From Candidatus Bathyarchaeota archaeon (lineage in GTDB: Archaea; Thermoproteota; Bathyarchaeia; Bathyarchaeales; Bathycorpusculaceae): a stretch of 64,000 nt of DNA. This document shows positions 46,028 through 57,021 of this stretch, in pieces. The stretch covers positions 906,560-970,559 of the forward strand of contig CAWGZR010000005.1 of NCBI GenBank assembly GCA_963827165.1, read 5' to 3'. The position numbers and the translations under genes were made by a program. The notes under the pieces are model-generated. The model saw only the letters and a list, made by a program, of their open reading frames with translations. It made no database searches and was not told where the DNA came from. Positions within the stretch are counted from its first letter, which is position 1, and every line of letters begins with the position of its first letter.

Positions 46028-46287
46028 TACCACCTTACTTTTTCTTTGGAACAATAGCGGTTATCGTTCAAGCAAAAAATATTCCAAAAAAGGAAAAACC
46101 CTTCTGTGATTAAAAATCAGGCGTTCTTTTTTAGGGTATTCTATCACAATACTTCTGGCTTTTCAATCAAGTTCTTATGGAGCTTGCCTTAGAATAGTTG
46201 ATACTCTTTCTATACTATTCTTAGAACAGCACGTTAAACAGCAAGGCAAATATATTCAACCCTTCCTTGAATTGTTGAGGTTATAGC

Positions 46288-46449
46288 ATGAAAGTGAAAG
46301 CTCTTCCTGACGGACCTTATTTAGTTGAATCTGAGGCAAAAGGGAAAGTCGCTCTATGTCGTTGTGGACTATCAAAAAACAAGCCATACTGTGATGGCGC
46401 ACATGTTAAAGGCAATTTTAAAGCAGAGAAAACTGAAATCGACCTCTAG
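46288..46449 (+). CDS. CDGSH iron-sulfur domain protein, 53 aa
   Basis: Manual translation MKVKALPDGPYLV...ALCRCGLSKNKPYCDGAH; GAGGT RBS. Confidence 0.9.
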   Translation: MKVKALPDGPYLVESEAKGKVALCRCGLSKNKPYCDGAHVKGNFKAEKTEIDL

Positions 46450-46787
46450 AAACAGAAGGAAAAGTACCTCCCAAGATTTTCTTTTTTTAGAAGAATTTCT
46501 AAATTTTTCGATGCATCGTCTAAAGGGCGATTTTGGCAAAGTTCTTAAAACGGGGAAAAAGCAAATATTGTTAAGACAACCCAAAATTATTTGGATCTGT
46601 GCATCGTAAAGCCTGTAGAGGAGATATCACCCGAATTCCCTCTTTTTTCTGAATTCTTGCGCTTAAAAATTATCGAAAATAAGAGTTCGCTATGCAAAAG
46701 TTTTTGTGCCAATCTGATGCTCGAAATCTTGCGCAGGTTTCCCGCCCTTTGTTTTAGTATCTTTGCCGCTAAATCCACCTGGCATTT

Positions 46788-47759
46788 TCAGAATGTTGTG
46801 ATATATTGAAGCGGGGTTGGCCATGCGTTTGGCATGGGCCTAAGATTCGTCTCGATTCCTTTTATGTTTGGAATTTTCATTATCTGATCATTAATCTCAT
46901 AGATGCTCTTGCAATCTTTAACAAGACCCACAAAGGACAAGTCGTGGGCTCCACTCATCTTCAGAATGTAGCTAACCCCCGGGATCACACTCAACTTGTC
47001 AGCCACATCATTTGCTTCATTGGGATCACAGAGAAGCAGATTCGCGCTAAAAATTCCCTGGTAACCGAGTTTCACAAAGTCTATTTGGATTGAGATCTTT
47101 ATGAGGTTCTTGCTCCTAAGCTCTTCATATTTTCTGGCTACAGTTGCTGTAGAGGAACCGACCTCTCGGGCAATTTTGCTAAAAGCAAGTCGACCGTCTT
47201 TGGCGAGCAAATCAATGATCTTCACGTCGGTCTCATTAAAATCCGTTGAAACGTCGGTTTGGTCACCTGTTATAACCAATTGGTTGGATTCCAGGATAGT
47301 TGTTGTAATACCGAGCGTGTTTTCAGGAATATTTCTGACGTCAGTCCAAATGTAAGTTCGGATATTGTTTATTCGATTTTTTTTGCAGACTTCCTGCTTG
47401 ACTCGTTCCAAGTCGCTAAGACCTTTCAACGTGAAAATGACCTGGATGTTAAAGGGTGAGTTGTACAAAATTCTGACATTTCGAATGTCCGGAATACTTC
47501 GAAGCCGGTCATACGTTTCCGCTAAGTATTGCGAATCGACGTTTATCATGGTTAAAGATACGCCAGAGTAACCGAACCTTTTGAAGTTGTATTGAACAGT
47601 GGCACCTACGATGATGCCTGCTTTTCTCAGTTCTTCAAACCTGGATCTTATCACATTTTCATTCAATTGGCACTTTTGTGCAATGGCTCGAAAACTCTTT
47701 CTTCCATCTTTTAGCAGTTCCTGAAGGATTTTAATGTCGACAGCGTCAGGCTCTTTCAT
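46788..47759 (-). CDS. Tandem-domain Lrp/AsnC regulator
   Basis: Two HTH-RAM units; divergent from paralog 4. Confidence 0.88.
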   Translation of the reverse strand: MKEPDAVDIKILQELLKDGRKSFRAIAQKCQLNENVIRSRFEELRKAGIIVGATVQYNFKRFGYSGVSLTMINVDSQYLAETYDRLRSIPDIRNVRILYNSPFNIQVIFTLKGLSDLERVKQEVCKKNRINNIRTYIWTDVRNIPENTLGITTTILESNQLVITGDQTDVSTDFNETDVKIIDLLAKDGRLAFSKIAREVGSSTATVARKYEELRSKNLIKISIQIDFVKLGYQGIFSANLLLCDPNEANDVADKLSVIPGVSYILKMSGAHDLSFVGLVKDCKSIYEINDQIMKIPNIKGIETNLRPMPNAWPTPLQYITTF

Positions 47760-47962
47760 GTCATTAATTCCAAGAGGTGTCTCGTCGTTGTGCTAAATAA
47801 ACTGAACTGTTTTGTTAGTTTAGAATCATTATCGGAAACTTTGTTGTGCTGATACGATTATTGAACTTTAAGGTGATATTAATCGTTTATTTTAGTTATT
47901 TCTCTTTTTGTGAAAAAACTTATAAATGATCAACAATAATTGCTAGAGCCAGGGAGAAAAAT

Positions 47963-50950
47963 ATGAAAATACCAAAAAATAAAATGGCGTCGCTAATTAT
48001 CGCTTTGATTTTAACAATTATCCTAGGAGGTTCATCGTTACTTGTACCTAGTGCATATGCGCACAACCCAGGGTGGAATATTCCAACATACGCTTACATC
48101 AGCATCTCACCAAATCCAGACGGTGTTGGCCAATCCGTAATAGTTTACATGTGGCTCGACTGCGTTTACGGAGCTGCCGGCGGCACCGCTGCTGCAGTTG
48201 GGACCAACGGTTACACAGCAAGCGCGGCATTGTTGTCAAACGACTATAGATTCCACGACTATCAACTGACCATCACTGCTCCCGATAGCACAAAAACAAA
48301 AAACACTTTTTCGATCATCTCAGACCCAACTTCTGATCAATCCACAACTTTTACTCCCACACAGGCTGGTACATACACTTTCAATTTCACCTTTTCCGGT
48401 CAAGTTTACGGAGCAAACGGCGATGGCTACTCTGCTTCGTCATTAGTCAACGATACTTATCTCCCAAGTTCAGCATCAGCGACTCTTACAGTGCAACAAT
48501 CTCCAATCCCTTCGCTAGTAACCAACGAACCGCTTCCAACCGCTTTCTGGGAAACCCCAATTTACGGTGAAAACTCAAACTGGTACACGATCTCGTCAAA
48601 CTGGCTTGGCCCAGGTTCACCAACTCTGTCAGGCTACACGGTTAATTCTGGCTCCTATCAACTTTACCACCCGGACGCAACGGGTCCTTTGACTTCACAC
48701 ATCATGTGGACAAGCCAACTTCAATTCGGGGGAGTCGTCGGCGGAAACATGTACCCTGCTGGGGGCTCAGATCCCAACGGAGCCGGCATAGGCGTATCCT
48801 ATTTTGAAGGCTCTTCATACGAACCCAGATTCGTCAACCCCATAATAATTGACGGATATCTCTTCTACACTGAACCAGTATCCTTCTCAGGTGGATCTAG
48901 TGGACCAACAGTCTGCGTTAACCTTGAAACAGACCAACAACTCTGGTCGTCAACCGCAGTGCCTCAATTATCGTTCGCTTACATCTACAATCTGTGGGAT
49001 CCAGATCAACACGGAGTTTACCCGCCAATCCTTGTCGCTACAAACCCTGAAAACGGTAACTGGCAACTCTATGATGCTTACACTGGTGATTCACTTTTCA
49101 ACGTGACAGGTGTCCCCTCAGGCACCGTAGTCGCAGGCCCTAATGGCGAACAATTGAGATACGTAATAGCCAACGATGGCACGGCAACAAATCCGCAATG
49201 GTACTTATCCGAATGGAACTCCTCTAAGCTATGGCAATACGACATTAACCCATATACCGGAACCGGAAGCTTATCTCCAGCCGTCATAAATGAAACAAAC
49301 GGTTACCTAATCGGAGGCGCCGTTGGCAGCGCAACTAGCCCTGGAGCTCTTCCTCCACCAAACACAGGCGTTGATAGCGCCGTCAGTCCAAGTGGTAAAA
49401 CAGTAAATGTGCCAGCTGGTTCAACCATACTTGTAAACGCAAACATCCCCATCCATGACACTGCGGATGCGCCAGGAACGACAACGCCTATCTACGAGTT
49501 TAACCAGGATTCATTAACTACATACGACTGGAACATCTCCATTCCGTGGCTAAACACTATGCCTGTGCAACCCGCCTTCAATAGCGTTACAGGAATCTAC
49601 ACACCCGCGGCCCCAGGAACCAATCCAGTATCTGTGGTTGCAGCTGATTATGGAGATTTAATGCTTTGCAGAAACGGCTCCTTACCAACGGGCTTTGCGG
49701 CAGATGACACCGGCAGTTTCGATCAGCCATACACAATGTTCGCTGTCAACTTGAACTCTTCCGTCGGCACGGTAGGATCAATATTGTGGATGAAGACCTA
49801 CAACCCACCTCTTGGCAACATCACTCTCCAATTACCAATCGTCGACTTCCAAACTCGCGTTTTCGTCTTCCAATACTACGAGACCATGCAATGGGTAGGC
49901 TTCAGCTTAACCAATGGCAATCCGATATGGGGTCCCACGCCAAGCGAAGTGGCTTTCAACTACTACGACTGGAGCGGCTACAACCCTGGCGTAATGGCTT
50001 ACGGTAACCTTTACAGTGGTGGATTCGGAGGAGTAACTTACTGCTTTAACGACAAGACTGGAGCGCTGGAATGGACTTGGGGCAACGGACTGGCGAGCTC
50101 AGACAACAGTACTTACGCCGGCGTGAACACGCCTTACGGTGACTATCCAACATTCATTCAATCGGTTTCAAATGGAATTGTATACTTAGCTACTGATGAG
50201 CACACCATTCCCAATCCGCTTTTCGAGGGCGCCACATACGATGCCATAAATGCGACAACAGGCAAAATGATATGGCAACTTTCAGGCTATCCTAGTGAAT
50301 GGGCGTACAGTGGCAGTCAATGGGCAACCGCAGACGGCTACTTAGCTTGCATGAACGGCTACAACAACCAAATCTACAGCGTAGGCCAAGGACCAAGCAA
50401 AACCACAGTTTCGGCACCTGACCTCGGAGTGACAACAGCCACGCCAGTAACGATAAAGGGCACAGTAATGGATATTTCCGCCGGAACAACACAAAGTCAA
50501 CAAGCAGCTGACTTTCCAAATGGAGTCCCAGTCGCATCGGACAAGAGCATGACAGGATGGATGGGCTACGTTTACCAGCAGCAACCAGAACCAGCAAACT
50601 TCACAGGTGTTCAAGTTACGCTATCGGTCTTAGACTCGAATGGCAACCACAGGACTATCGGTACTACCACGACCAACGCTCAGGGTGAATATGGCTTCGC
50701 ATGGACTCCTGATATCCCAGGCAACTACACTGTGTACGCTAGCTTTGCAGGCACAAACGCATACTTCGGATCCTCAGCTTCAACTTTCTTCTATGCTAGC
50801 TCACCACCATCAACATCTGCCCCGACAGTATCACCAGTCAGCGACTTAGCCTCAAACACAACAGTCATGTACGCAGTCGTCGCAATGATCATTGTCTTCA
50901 TCGTAGGCATCACCGTAGTCGCATTGCTCGTGACGAGAAAACATCCATAA
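47963..50950 (+). CDS. PQQ-type beta-propeller surface protein (paralog 4)
   Basis: Intact 995 aa with family motifs; ends in TM plus RKHP. Confidence 0.88.
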   Translation: MKIPKNKMASLIIALILTIILGGSSLLVPSAYAHNPGWNIPTYAYISISPNPDGVGQSVIVYMWLDCVYGAAGGTAAAVGTNGYTASAALLSNDYRFHDYQLTITAPDSTKTKNTFSIISDPTSDQSTTFTPTQAGTYTFNFTFSGQVYGANGDGYSASSLVNDTYLPSSASATLTVQQSPIPSLVTNEPLPTAFWETPIYGENSNWYTISSNWLGPGSPTLSGYTVNSGSYQLYHPDATGPLTSHIMWTSQLQFGGVVGGNMYPAGGSDPNGAGIGVSYFEGSSYEPRFVNPIIIDGYLFYTEPVSFSGGSSGPTVCVNLETDQQLWSSTAVPQLSFAYIYNLWDPDQHGVYPPILVATNPENGNWQLYDAYTGDSLFNVTGVPSGTVVAGPNGEQLRYVIANDGTATNPQWYLSEWNSSKLWQYDINPYTGTGSLSPAVINETNGYLIGGAVGSATSPGALPPPNTGVDSAVSPSGKTVNVPAGSTILVNANIPIHDTADAPGTTTPIYEFNQDSLTTYDWNISIPWLNTMPVQPAFNSVTGIYTPAAPGTNPVSVVAADYGDLMLCRNGSLPTGFAADDTGSFDQPYTMFAVNLNSSVGTVGSILWMKTYNPPLGNITLQLPIVDFQTRVFVFQYYETMQWVGFSLTNGNPIWGPTPSEVAFNYYDWSGYNPGVMAYGNLYSGGFGGVTYCFNDKTGALEWTWGNGLASSDNSTYAGVNTPYGDYPTFIQSVSNGIVYLATDEHTIPNPLFEGATYDAINATTGKMIWQLSGYPSEWAYSGSQWATADGYLACMNGYNNQIYSVGQGPSKTTVSAPDLGVTTATPVTIKGTVMDISAGTTQSQQAADFPNGVPVASDKSMTGWMGYVYQQQPEPANFTGVQVTLSVLDSNGNHRTIGTTTTNAQGEYGFAWTPDIPGNYTVYASFAGTNAYFGSSASTFFYASSPPSTSAPTVSPVSDLASNTTVMYAVVAMIIVFIVGITVVALLVTRKHP

Positions 50951-51017
50951 AACGACAAAACAACAAAACAAATTACCTTTTTTCCTTTTTTTAAAATTTT
51001 TAGAAAATACTGACGTC

Positions 51018-51137
51018 AGGGGCTGAGAAGGCTCGGGTTACACTCAAAAATAGCTGCAATTGAAGAGTTTGTATTTTTCTTTTTCTCCTAAAGAAAAAAC
51101 TTTTCTTCCTTAGTTTCCGGAGCCTCAGCAAACCCCT
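51018..51137. mobile_element. MITE-like module C copy (best preserved)
   Basis: aggggctgagaaggctcggg ... ccggagcctcagcaaacccct imperfect TIRs; internal tagctgcaattgaagag shared with 59755. Confidence 0.65.
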
Positions 51138-51196
51138 AATGCTCTAAGATTTTACTATTTTTTTTTTAAAAAAACATGCCTTAGTATAGCAAGTTT

Positions 51197-51345
51197 TGAC
51201 GCCGGGAGGGATTCGAACCAAAAACTGGATTAAATCTTTATGAAATTGAACTTCAACAAATTCAAGATCAAGCGGTCTGAGGGGATTTGAACCCCCTGCA
51301 AAAATGGAGAAATCATCCGGGCCTTCCCATTTTTCTTTAAATTAT
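51197..51345 (-). repeat. Tandem tRNA-derived modules B then A
   Basis: gacgccgggagggattcgaacc...aaactggattaaatctttatg, then gcggtctgaggggatttgaacccc...tggagaaatcatccg. Confidence 0.7.
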
Positions 51346-51488
51346 GCGAAAAAATATGCAAAATGAGGCGGATGCATGAGTAGGACTTGAATTCATCTGG
51401 TTTGTAAATATCCTATAGATAATTGCTTTTGAATTTAGGCCCAGTTGATTTATATTTCATGATGGTGCATGAAACATCTGAAATTCAA

Positions 51489-51644
51489 ATGTCAAAAAAG
51501 AATCAGCTGGAAAAACTTTGCCCTGAATGCGAAGAAGATATGAATCCTGTTTTTGACAAAAACAAGGTACTCGTTTGTTGGGAATGCACAGAGTGTGGTA
51601 CAATTGTTTTAGCAACAAAAGAAGTCAAACAAGAAAAGCCTTAG
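51489..51644 (+). CDS. Small zinc-ribbon protein
   Basis: CPEC...WECTECG. Confidence 0.7.
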   Translation: MSKKNQLEKLCPECEEDMNPVFDKNKVLVCWECTECGTIVLATKEVKQEKP

Positions 51645-52144
51645 CCCAGCACATTAGGACCAAACTCGCAGGAACAAAAGCTAAACCTGGTTCAACTTCA
51701 AACCAAGCATTGGAATTTATAGCTAAATCCGTTCTCCCCATCTGCGATAAGCTTTCCCGATTTGACGCTAGGCGTTAATTTGATCGGTTAAAAAAGGCAT
51801 AGAGCAAATGTATGCAAGTTTTATCTTATTGCGTCTCCATTTATGCAGCACTGTCTGGTTGAGTTTTTGATAATGATTTGTGCCTTTTGTATAACCGATT
51901 TGAGCTATCTCTTTTTTGGTTTAACCCCTGTCTAATTTAGGTAAAGGTAAACTTGAACCCAGGCGAAAGTGGAGATGACATCCAATATATCCATTTTTCT
52001 TTTGGCTCTTTCAGTTTCCGCTTTCTATGATTTTTTTCCGCTTTTTGTCGAATAATGCTTCTGGGTTGTTGCTTCTGTAAGTACACCTGCGATAGATTCT
52101 CAACTAAAGAAATTACTTGAGAACCTTGCGAATGTTTACTTGTT

Positions 52145-52540
52145 TTAGAATGCATCGACTATATTTTCCATAACTTGCTTTTCGGCTGTCCTGCTTTCTC
52201 CTCTGTTTTTTATGAGCATTTCCAGAGACTTTGCAGTTTTTAAGTAAAGTTTTTTTTCTGCTATAAAGTCGTTTGGCACTCCGCCAACATACCAAGAATG
52301 GAAATGATAGCACTGATAGAAGAGCTGATTGTAGACTTCTCCCCTTTTTGCAGCTGCCGACTTTAGTGCGTGGACGTTATCATTTTTCAGGTTTGAATCC
52401 TGCGATATATCAGTTTTCACACATTCCCAGAGCAGTTCCCCAGCTTCAGCCAAATCATCACTTATGCCATTCTCCAAGTATTTACAGTATTCTTCCTTGC
52501 TTTGACCCAACAACTTCTTCAAAAAAATGTTATCGACCAT
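52145..52540 (-). CDS. PaREP1/HEPN-like helical protein
   Basis: YLENG...DLAEAGELLW...FHSWY resembles PaREP1 proteins. Confidence 0.45.
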   Translation of the reverse strand: MVDNIFLKKLLGQSKEEYCKYLENGISDDLAEAGELLWECVKTDISQDSNLKNDNVHALKSAAAKRGEVYNQLFYQCYHFHSWYVGGVPNDFIAEKKLYLKTAKSLEMLIKNRGESRTAEKQVMENIVDAF

Positions 52541-52834
52541 TTTACTTCGTGAACTGAACAAATGGAGAAGGTAAAAACCTTTCCTCCTCAAAAAAAAATT
52601 TAGCTCATCAATACCCGCTAATTTGAATATTTGCTCTCTTGTGACTCTATTTTTGCTGCTTTTGGTTTATTCACCAAAGTGCACCTACAATTCCTTCGAA
52701 GACTATAATTAGAACGGCGCATTCAACTTCAACGATGCACTGCATTTCGCGGGCTATTACATCGCTTATTCCAACGCAAACAGCTAGATGGTCTCCCTCT
52801 TAAAAAAAAAGAATGCATCTCAATGTAGCGATAA

Positions 52835-53072
52835 TGCCGGGGTTTATTTGAACCGACTGGAGAGGATTTGAACCCAAGAGGAAGTGAAGATATCACCCGC
52901 CAATCTTCCTTTTTCGTTTGTTTTATCCCATGGAAACAAACGAAGAAGAAAAGAATTGGGCTGAAAAGGTTCTGGTTAAACGCGAGATTGCTGCAATTGA
53001 AGGATTTGCATTTTCTTTTTTCTGTTTAAAGAAATTTTCTTTCTTAATTTCCTGATCCTAAGCAGATTCCTA
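52835..53072. repeat. B+A+C composite repeat
   Basis: gccggggtttatttgaacc-gactggagaggatttgaaccc-...agatatcacccgc...gggctgaaaaggttctggttaa...gctgcaattgaagg. Confidence 0.78.
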
Positions 53073-53292
53073 ATTTTCTTAAGGCAGCAGGGTTTTAATT
53101 TTTTGCGGACGCTGCACGCTTAATTTAGTTCCAAGCTCCAATATACTCGAACCGAGTGATTCTTATGAAAAAGATGCATTGGCATTAGTGGCTTTGTTAA
53201 CAATCGAGTCCGCGTTATCGAACCAGATTTGAAGCCGCGTCAATGGAAGAGCTTATAGGGGAAATGATGGTACTGGCATATGGTGATTCCAT

Positions 53293-53529
53293 TTGGAAGT
53301 CGCAATCGACAAGCAAGGACGAATAGTTATACCTAAAGAAATCAGGGAGAAATACGGTCTTTCGCAGGAAGGCAAATTAGCACTAGTAGCCCGCGAAGAC
53401 GCTATCGAGCTGATTCCGCTAACTGAAGAAGATGATTTGGCAATTCGTTCCCTAAGAGAACCTTGTAAGACAGGCAGCCCAGAAGCGGGTAACAAGCTTT
53501 TCTCGCGGGATAAGGCTTGGAAACGATGA
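53293..53529 (+). CDS. AbrB/MazE-family antitoxin
   Basis: IDKQGRIVIPKEIREKYGL. Confidence 0.88.
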   Translation: MEVAIDKQGRIVIPKEIREKYGLSQEGKLALVAREDAIELIPLTEEDDLAIRSLREPCKTGSPEAGNKLFSRDKAWKR

Positions 53530-53973
53530 GAATTATAGACGCAGACATCCTTTCTTACGCTCTCTTCCAAAAACACGATGCTCACCCATATTGCTGGCCG
53601 CTACTGCAGAATGCGATTCACGGTAAGACAAGTGTAGCAATCGCGACAGTAAATCTGTTGGCAGGCATTTCACGCACTGGTAGAAGATTATGCTGTGGAA
53701 AGGGAAGAAGCATCGTACAAACTTGATGGGTTGACTAGAAGCACAAGAATACGGTTTTTGCCCCTTACCGTTGATATCGCCCGAAAAGCCTTGGAAATAT
53801 CGAAACTTCACAAGGCAAGGTCTTTTGACGCGAACCTAATTGCTTCTGCAGAAATAAACGGGATATCCGTGATCGTAAGCAACGACGGTCATATCGCTAG
53901 ATTATGCAAGGAGCGAGGTCTAATCTTCGAAAATCCGATACCTGAGGCAGCTGCAAAGAAAATGAGTCTTTAG
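53526..53973 (+). CDS. vapC: PIN-domain (VapC) toxin (frameshift near 53665)
   Basis: IIDADIL...SFDANLIASA...IVSND acidic PIN residues; ATGA overlap with the antitoxin. Confidence 0.82.
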
Positions 53974-54161
53974 AACATTTTCCCCTTCTTAGAAATCAAG
54001 TGTGGAACTTCTTGGGGATTAGATGGCTAAGGTGTCTAGTCTTTCCGAGTTTCGGACATAAAATTGTTCTTCAAGCTCTCTCATATGAGCCTTTACCAAA
54101 AAGGGTAATTCTGACGGTTGCAAGCGTTATCCATTGAAAGGTTAAGTCTGTGAGGATGTCC

Positions 54162-55718
54162 TTACTTTTTAGCATTCTGAGTTTGGGTTATCTTGTTTTT
54201 CCTTTTAGTTAGCACTGTAGTAAATAGAGAAACTATCAAAAATATTGTCGGGATTAAAAGTAACGGTGGAAACTCTGGAACTGCTGGTGAAGGTGTTGAC
54301 GTGTCTGAGGGCGGAGCTGAAGTTGTTGGTGAATGTTGTGGTATAGCCGTCGGAGCGGTTGAAGGACTTGAGGATGGCGATGAACCTGAGGTTGATGATG
54401 TTGGACTCGGGGTAGGCGTTGGATTCTGCGTGGGTGCAGGGGACGGGCTACTATTGCTGGCTGAGCTGTAAGTTATTACAGTTGGGTCAAATGAGAATCC
54501 TGAGCTTTGATTATAGTAGAATCCATCAAAGCAGACATACATGGTGGATGAATTCCTAGCTTGGCTTGGGTCTGTGCTTTGAACATAATTTTGGACTGGA
54601 ACGTAAAGGCGTGTTGTGTTGTATGTTTGGGAGTCACCGTTTATCGTGTAGTTTGATGGGAAAATTTCTTGGCAAACTTCTGTGCCGTTGACCGAATAGA
54701 TCGCGCTGTCTTTATTAGCATTCGTAGAGAAGAAGGAGACGAACGGTTGAGCGACGGCATCTTGAGTTATTCCAAAACCTAAACTGTCAGCTGTTACTAA
54801 ACTGAAACTGTCTCCATTATTCAATCCCGTAGTTGGGAAAGCGGTATCTGCGCTCCAATCAACGTTCACACCGTACTTATAAGCTGTGTAAGCGGAGTTC
54901 TCAGTAACTTGAAACATAAGAGTAATTGGCACGTTGCTTACCGTTTGATGTGGTGGAAGTGTCGGTGTGTTTGGTCCCGCTGCAGTCAGTTGGCAGTTGA
55001 TTATCTGTGCGTCCAGCGTTACGTTAAATGTGGCTATGCTGTCGGTCAAAGCGTTGCCGTTGTAGGTAGTATTTTCGGTGTCTAATGTTACAGGGCCGAT
55101 TGCTGCCGCGCTGCAGTTAGCATACGAGATGCTGCCAACTTGATTGTTGAGCATATACGCGTAATCCGTCGAATTTCCAACTTCATTAAGGCTTAGTTGT
55201 TGTGCAGTTCCGTTAATGATATCAAATCCACTAAACGAATATGTCGTTCCCCATGCCGTCCTGGAGTCTAAACTTCCATCATCGGCTAATGTAAATGATA
55301 TGCCGTTTAGTTGGGTCCAGTCCAGCACTTGCGGGTTATAGTTTGGATAACTTGAAGCTGAGTCGTTTATGCCTCCTGGATTGAACCAGTAAACAAAGTG
55401 CATAGACACTCTAGTGGCGCCGTTTCCATACCATAGTGTCATGCTTCGGTCAAGAGTATCAGCCTGAGGCATAAACTGTGAATAGTTCACATCCACTTGG
55501 GGAGTTGACTCATTTGCTCCTGTGTACCAGTTGTTATTGTCGATAGCTTGAAAGGGCTGAGTAGTGCTCTCGGAGATGCGGGATCCAGAACTGATTGCGG
55601 CGACCGCCTTAGAATCGATAAAGGTTAGAGACGCCAATAACATGAGACAGAAAACTGAAATGTACAAAATTTTCCTGGAGGTTACCTTTCTGATATGCGA
55701 GTTCCAAACATTTTTCAT
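54162..55718 (-). CDS. Secreted surface glycoprotein with PEF-CTERM-like tail
   Basis: Signal peptide, many N-x-S/T sites, S/T/P linker, VPEF-P plus TM plus KRK. Confidence 0.8.
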   Translation of the reverse strand: MKNVWNSHIRKVTSRKILYISVFCLMLLASLTFIDSKAVAAISSGSRISESTTQPFQAIDNNNWYTGANESTPQVDVNYSQFMPQADTLDRSMTLWYGNGATRVSMHFVYWFNPGGINDSASSYPNYNPQVLDWTQLNGISFTLADDGSLDSRTAWGTTYSFSGFDIINGTAQQLSLNEVGNSTDYAYMLNNQVGSISYANCSAAAIGPVTLDTENTTYNGNALTDSIATFNVTLDAQIINCQLTAAGPNTPTLPPHQTVSNVPITLMFQVTENSAYTAYKYGVNVDWSADTAFPTTGLNNGDSFSLVTADSLGFGITQDAVAQPFVSFFSTNANKDSAIYSVNGTEVCQEIFPSNYTINGDSQTYNTTRLYVPVQNYVQSTDPSQARNSSTMYVCFDGFYYNQSSGFSFDPTVITYSSASNSSPSPAPTQNPTPTPSPTSSTSGSSPSSSPSTAPTAIPQHSPTTSAPPSDTSTPSPAVPEFPPLLLIPTIFLIVSLFTTVLTKRKNKITQTQNAKK

Positions 55719-55953
55719 GAGCTATTCACCGTTTCTTTCCGGATCATGGAGTCTACACTCTTAGGCTAAAGTTACATCTTTTTTATGCAGATACAATATA
55801 AGTGATTTATGAATTCCTAATAAACAACCCCAAAACTCGCCAAAATTAGGTCGCAACCTCACAATATCAGCGTCCTAGCGCAAATACACTTTTGGAAAAG
55901 AAATCAACCAATTCTGCTATGAAATTCTGAGGCTTTACTGTGAAAACGTTAGA

Positions 55954-56062
55954 GTGGACTGGGGGATATGAACCCATGAGAAAGTGGAGATATCACCCGC
56001 AAAATCCCCTTTTTTTCTTCTAATCAGCGGATTACTCGCGCGGCCAGAACCTCAACAAACCC
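55954..56062. repeat. Module A fused to the right end of module C
   Basis: gtggactgggggatatgaaccc-atgagaaagtggagatatcacccgcaaaatcccctttt...aacctcaacaaaccc. Confidence 0.75.
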
Positions 56063-56138
56063 ATTTAATTCTTATTCAAAAAATTCTTTTCTCTTACAAT
56101 GCAACGTTCATGTCCCTGATAAAATAAAAATCACATGG

Positions 56139-56930
56139 TTAAGCAGCTTGTTTCCATAGTTTGTTGAAATAAGTCTGGACTGAAAATATTAAGGCACGGC
56201 TATTCGTCCACAGCATCGGAGAATCACCTATGAGTTTTTCAGGAGAGGTGTAGACAAGCAGTTCTTTTTTGTCGTAAATACCAATCATTGCTGGTAGCGA
56301 TGATGAAATGAATTTGATTCTAAAGTTGGGATAGGGCATACAGTGTTCATAGATCTTTTGAGCTGATTGCTGTTCAGGAAGCTTCTCTGAGACAATTCTT
56401 ATTTTTACTTGTCTTTTTAGCGCTTCAAGGGTTTGGTTCTTGAAAAGGGAACTCGCGTAGCCGACGTTTTCCCATAAACCATTGATGATGTCGCATGACT
56501 CTTCTGTTTTATCAACGACCATTCTTGAATGTCTTATGATTGCTTCTTTCCCGCTTGTGATCACAAATTCGGCTGTTTTTTCTTCGGTTAATCTTTCCAC
56601 TTGAGTGTTCTTGAAGTCTTCGAGAATCTTTTTTGCCTTCTGCTCAAGCTCTAATGAAGATTTTTCTCTTCGTTTAACAAGAAAAGAAACAGTTTCGTTT
56701 ATGGGAACTGGTTTAAACTCGGTTGGATTTACCAATATTTTTTCTACCAGCCCCAGACTTTGCAGTTCAGCAGTAACTCGCTGGGCTTCCTGCCTTGCTA
56801 TGCTGGCATTTTCCGCAATTTTCTTAACTGTACTCTGTCCTTTTTTAAGCAAGGTAAGGTAAACCTTGGCTTGAAGAAACGTGAGCCCAAATCCTCTAAG
56901 AGTCTGAATATCTTCACTTTGAAGCATCAT
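56139..56930 (-). CDS. TrmB-family transcriptional regulator
   Basis: L..FGLT..QAKVYLTLL HTH, L..LGLVEK, PLD-like I.D.KE..W.N C-terminal domain. Confidence 0.88.
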   Translation of the reverse strand: MMLQSEDIQTLRGFGLTFLQAKVYLTLLKKGQSTVKKIAENASIARQEAQRVTAELQSLGLVEKILVNPTEFKPVPINETVSFLVKRREKSSLELEQKAKKILEDFKNTQVERLTEEKTAEFVITSGKEAIIRHSRMVVDKTEESCDIINGLWENVGYASSLFKNQTLEALKRQVKIRIVSEKLPEQQSAQKIYEHCMPYPNFRIKFISSSLPAMIGIYDKKELLVYTSPEKLIGDSPMLWTNSRALIFSVQTYFNKLWKQAA

Positions 56931-57004
56931 CCTCTCCCCGGTACAGGCAACGCAATGTTACCTATGTACCTTTCATATCATTTCAGTTTTAAGTTTTTCT
57001 GAAA

Positions 57005-57021
57005 GCAAGAAGCTTTCTTGC
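57005..57021. promoter_or_regulatory. 7-3-7 palindrome (candidate TrmB operator) just upstream of the TATA of paralog 5
   Basis: GCAAGAA-gct-TTCTTGC, followed by tttaaata at 57027. Confidence 0.55.
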
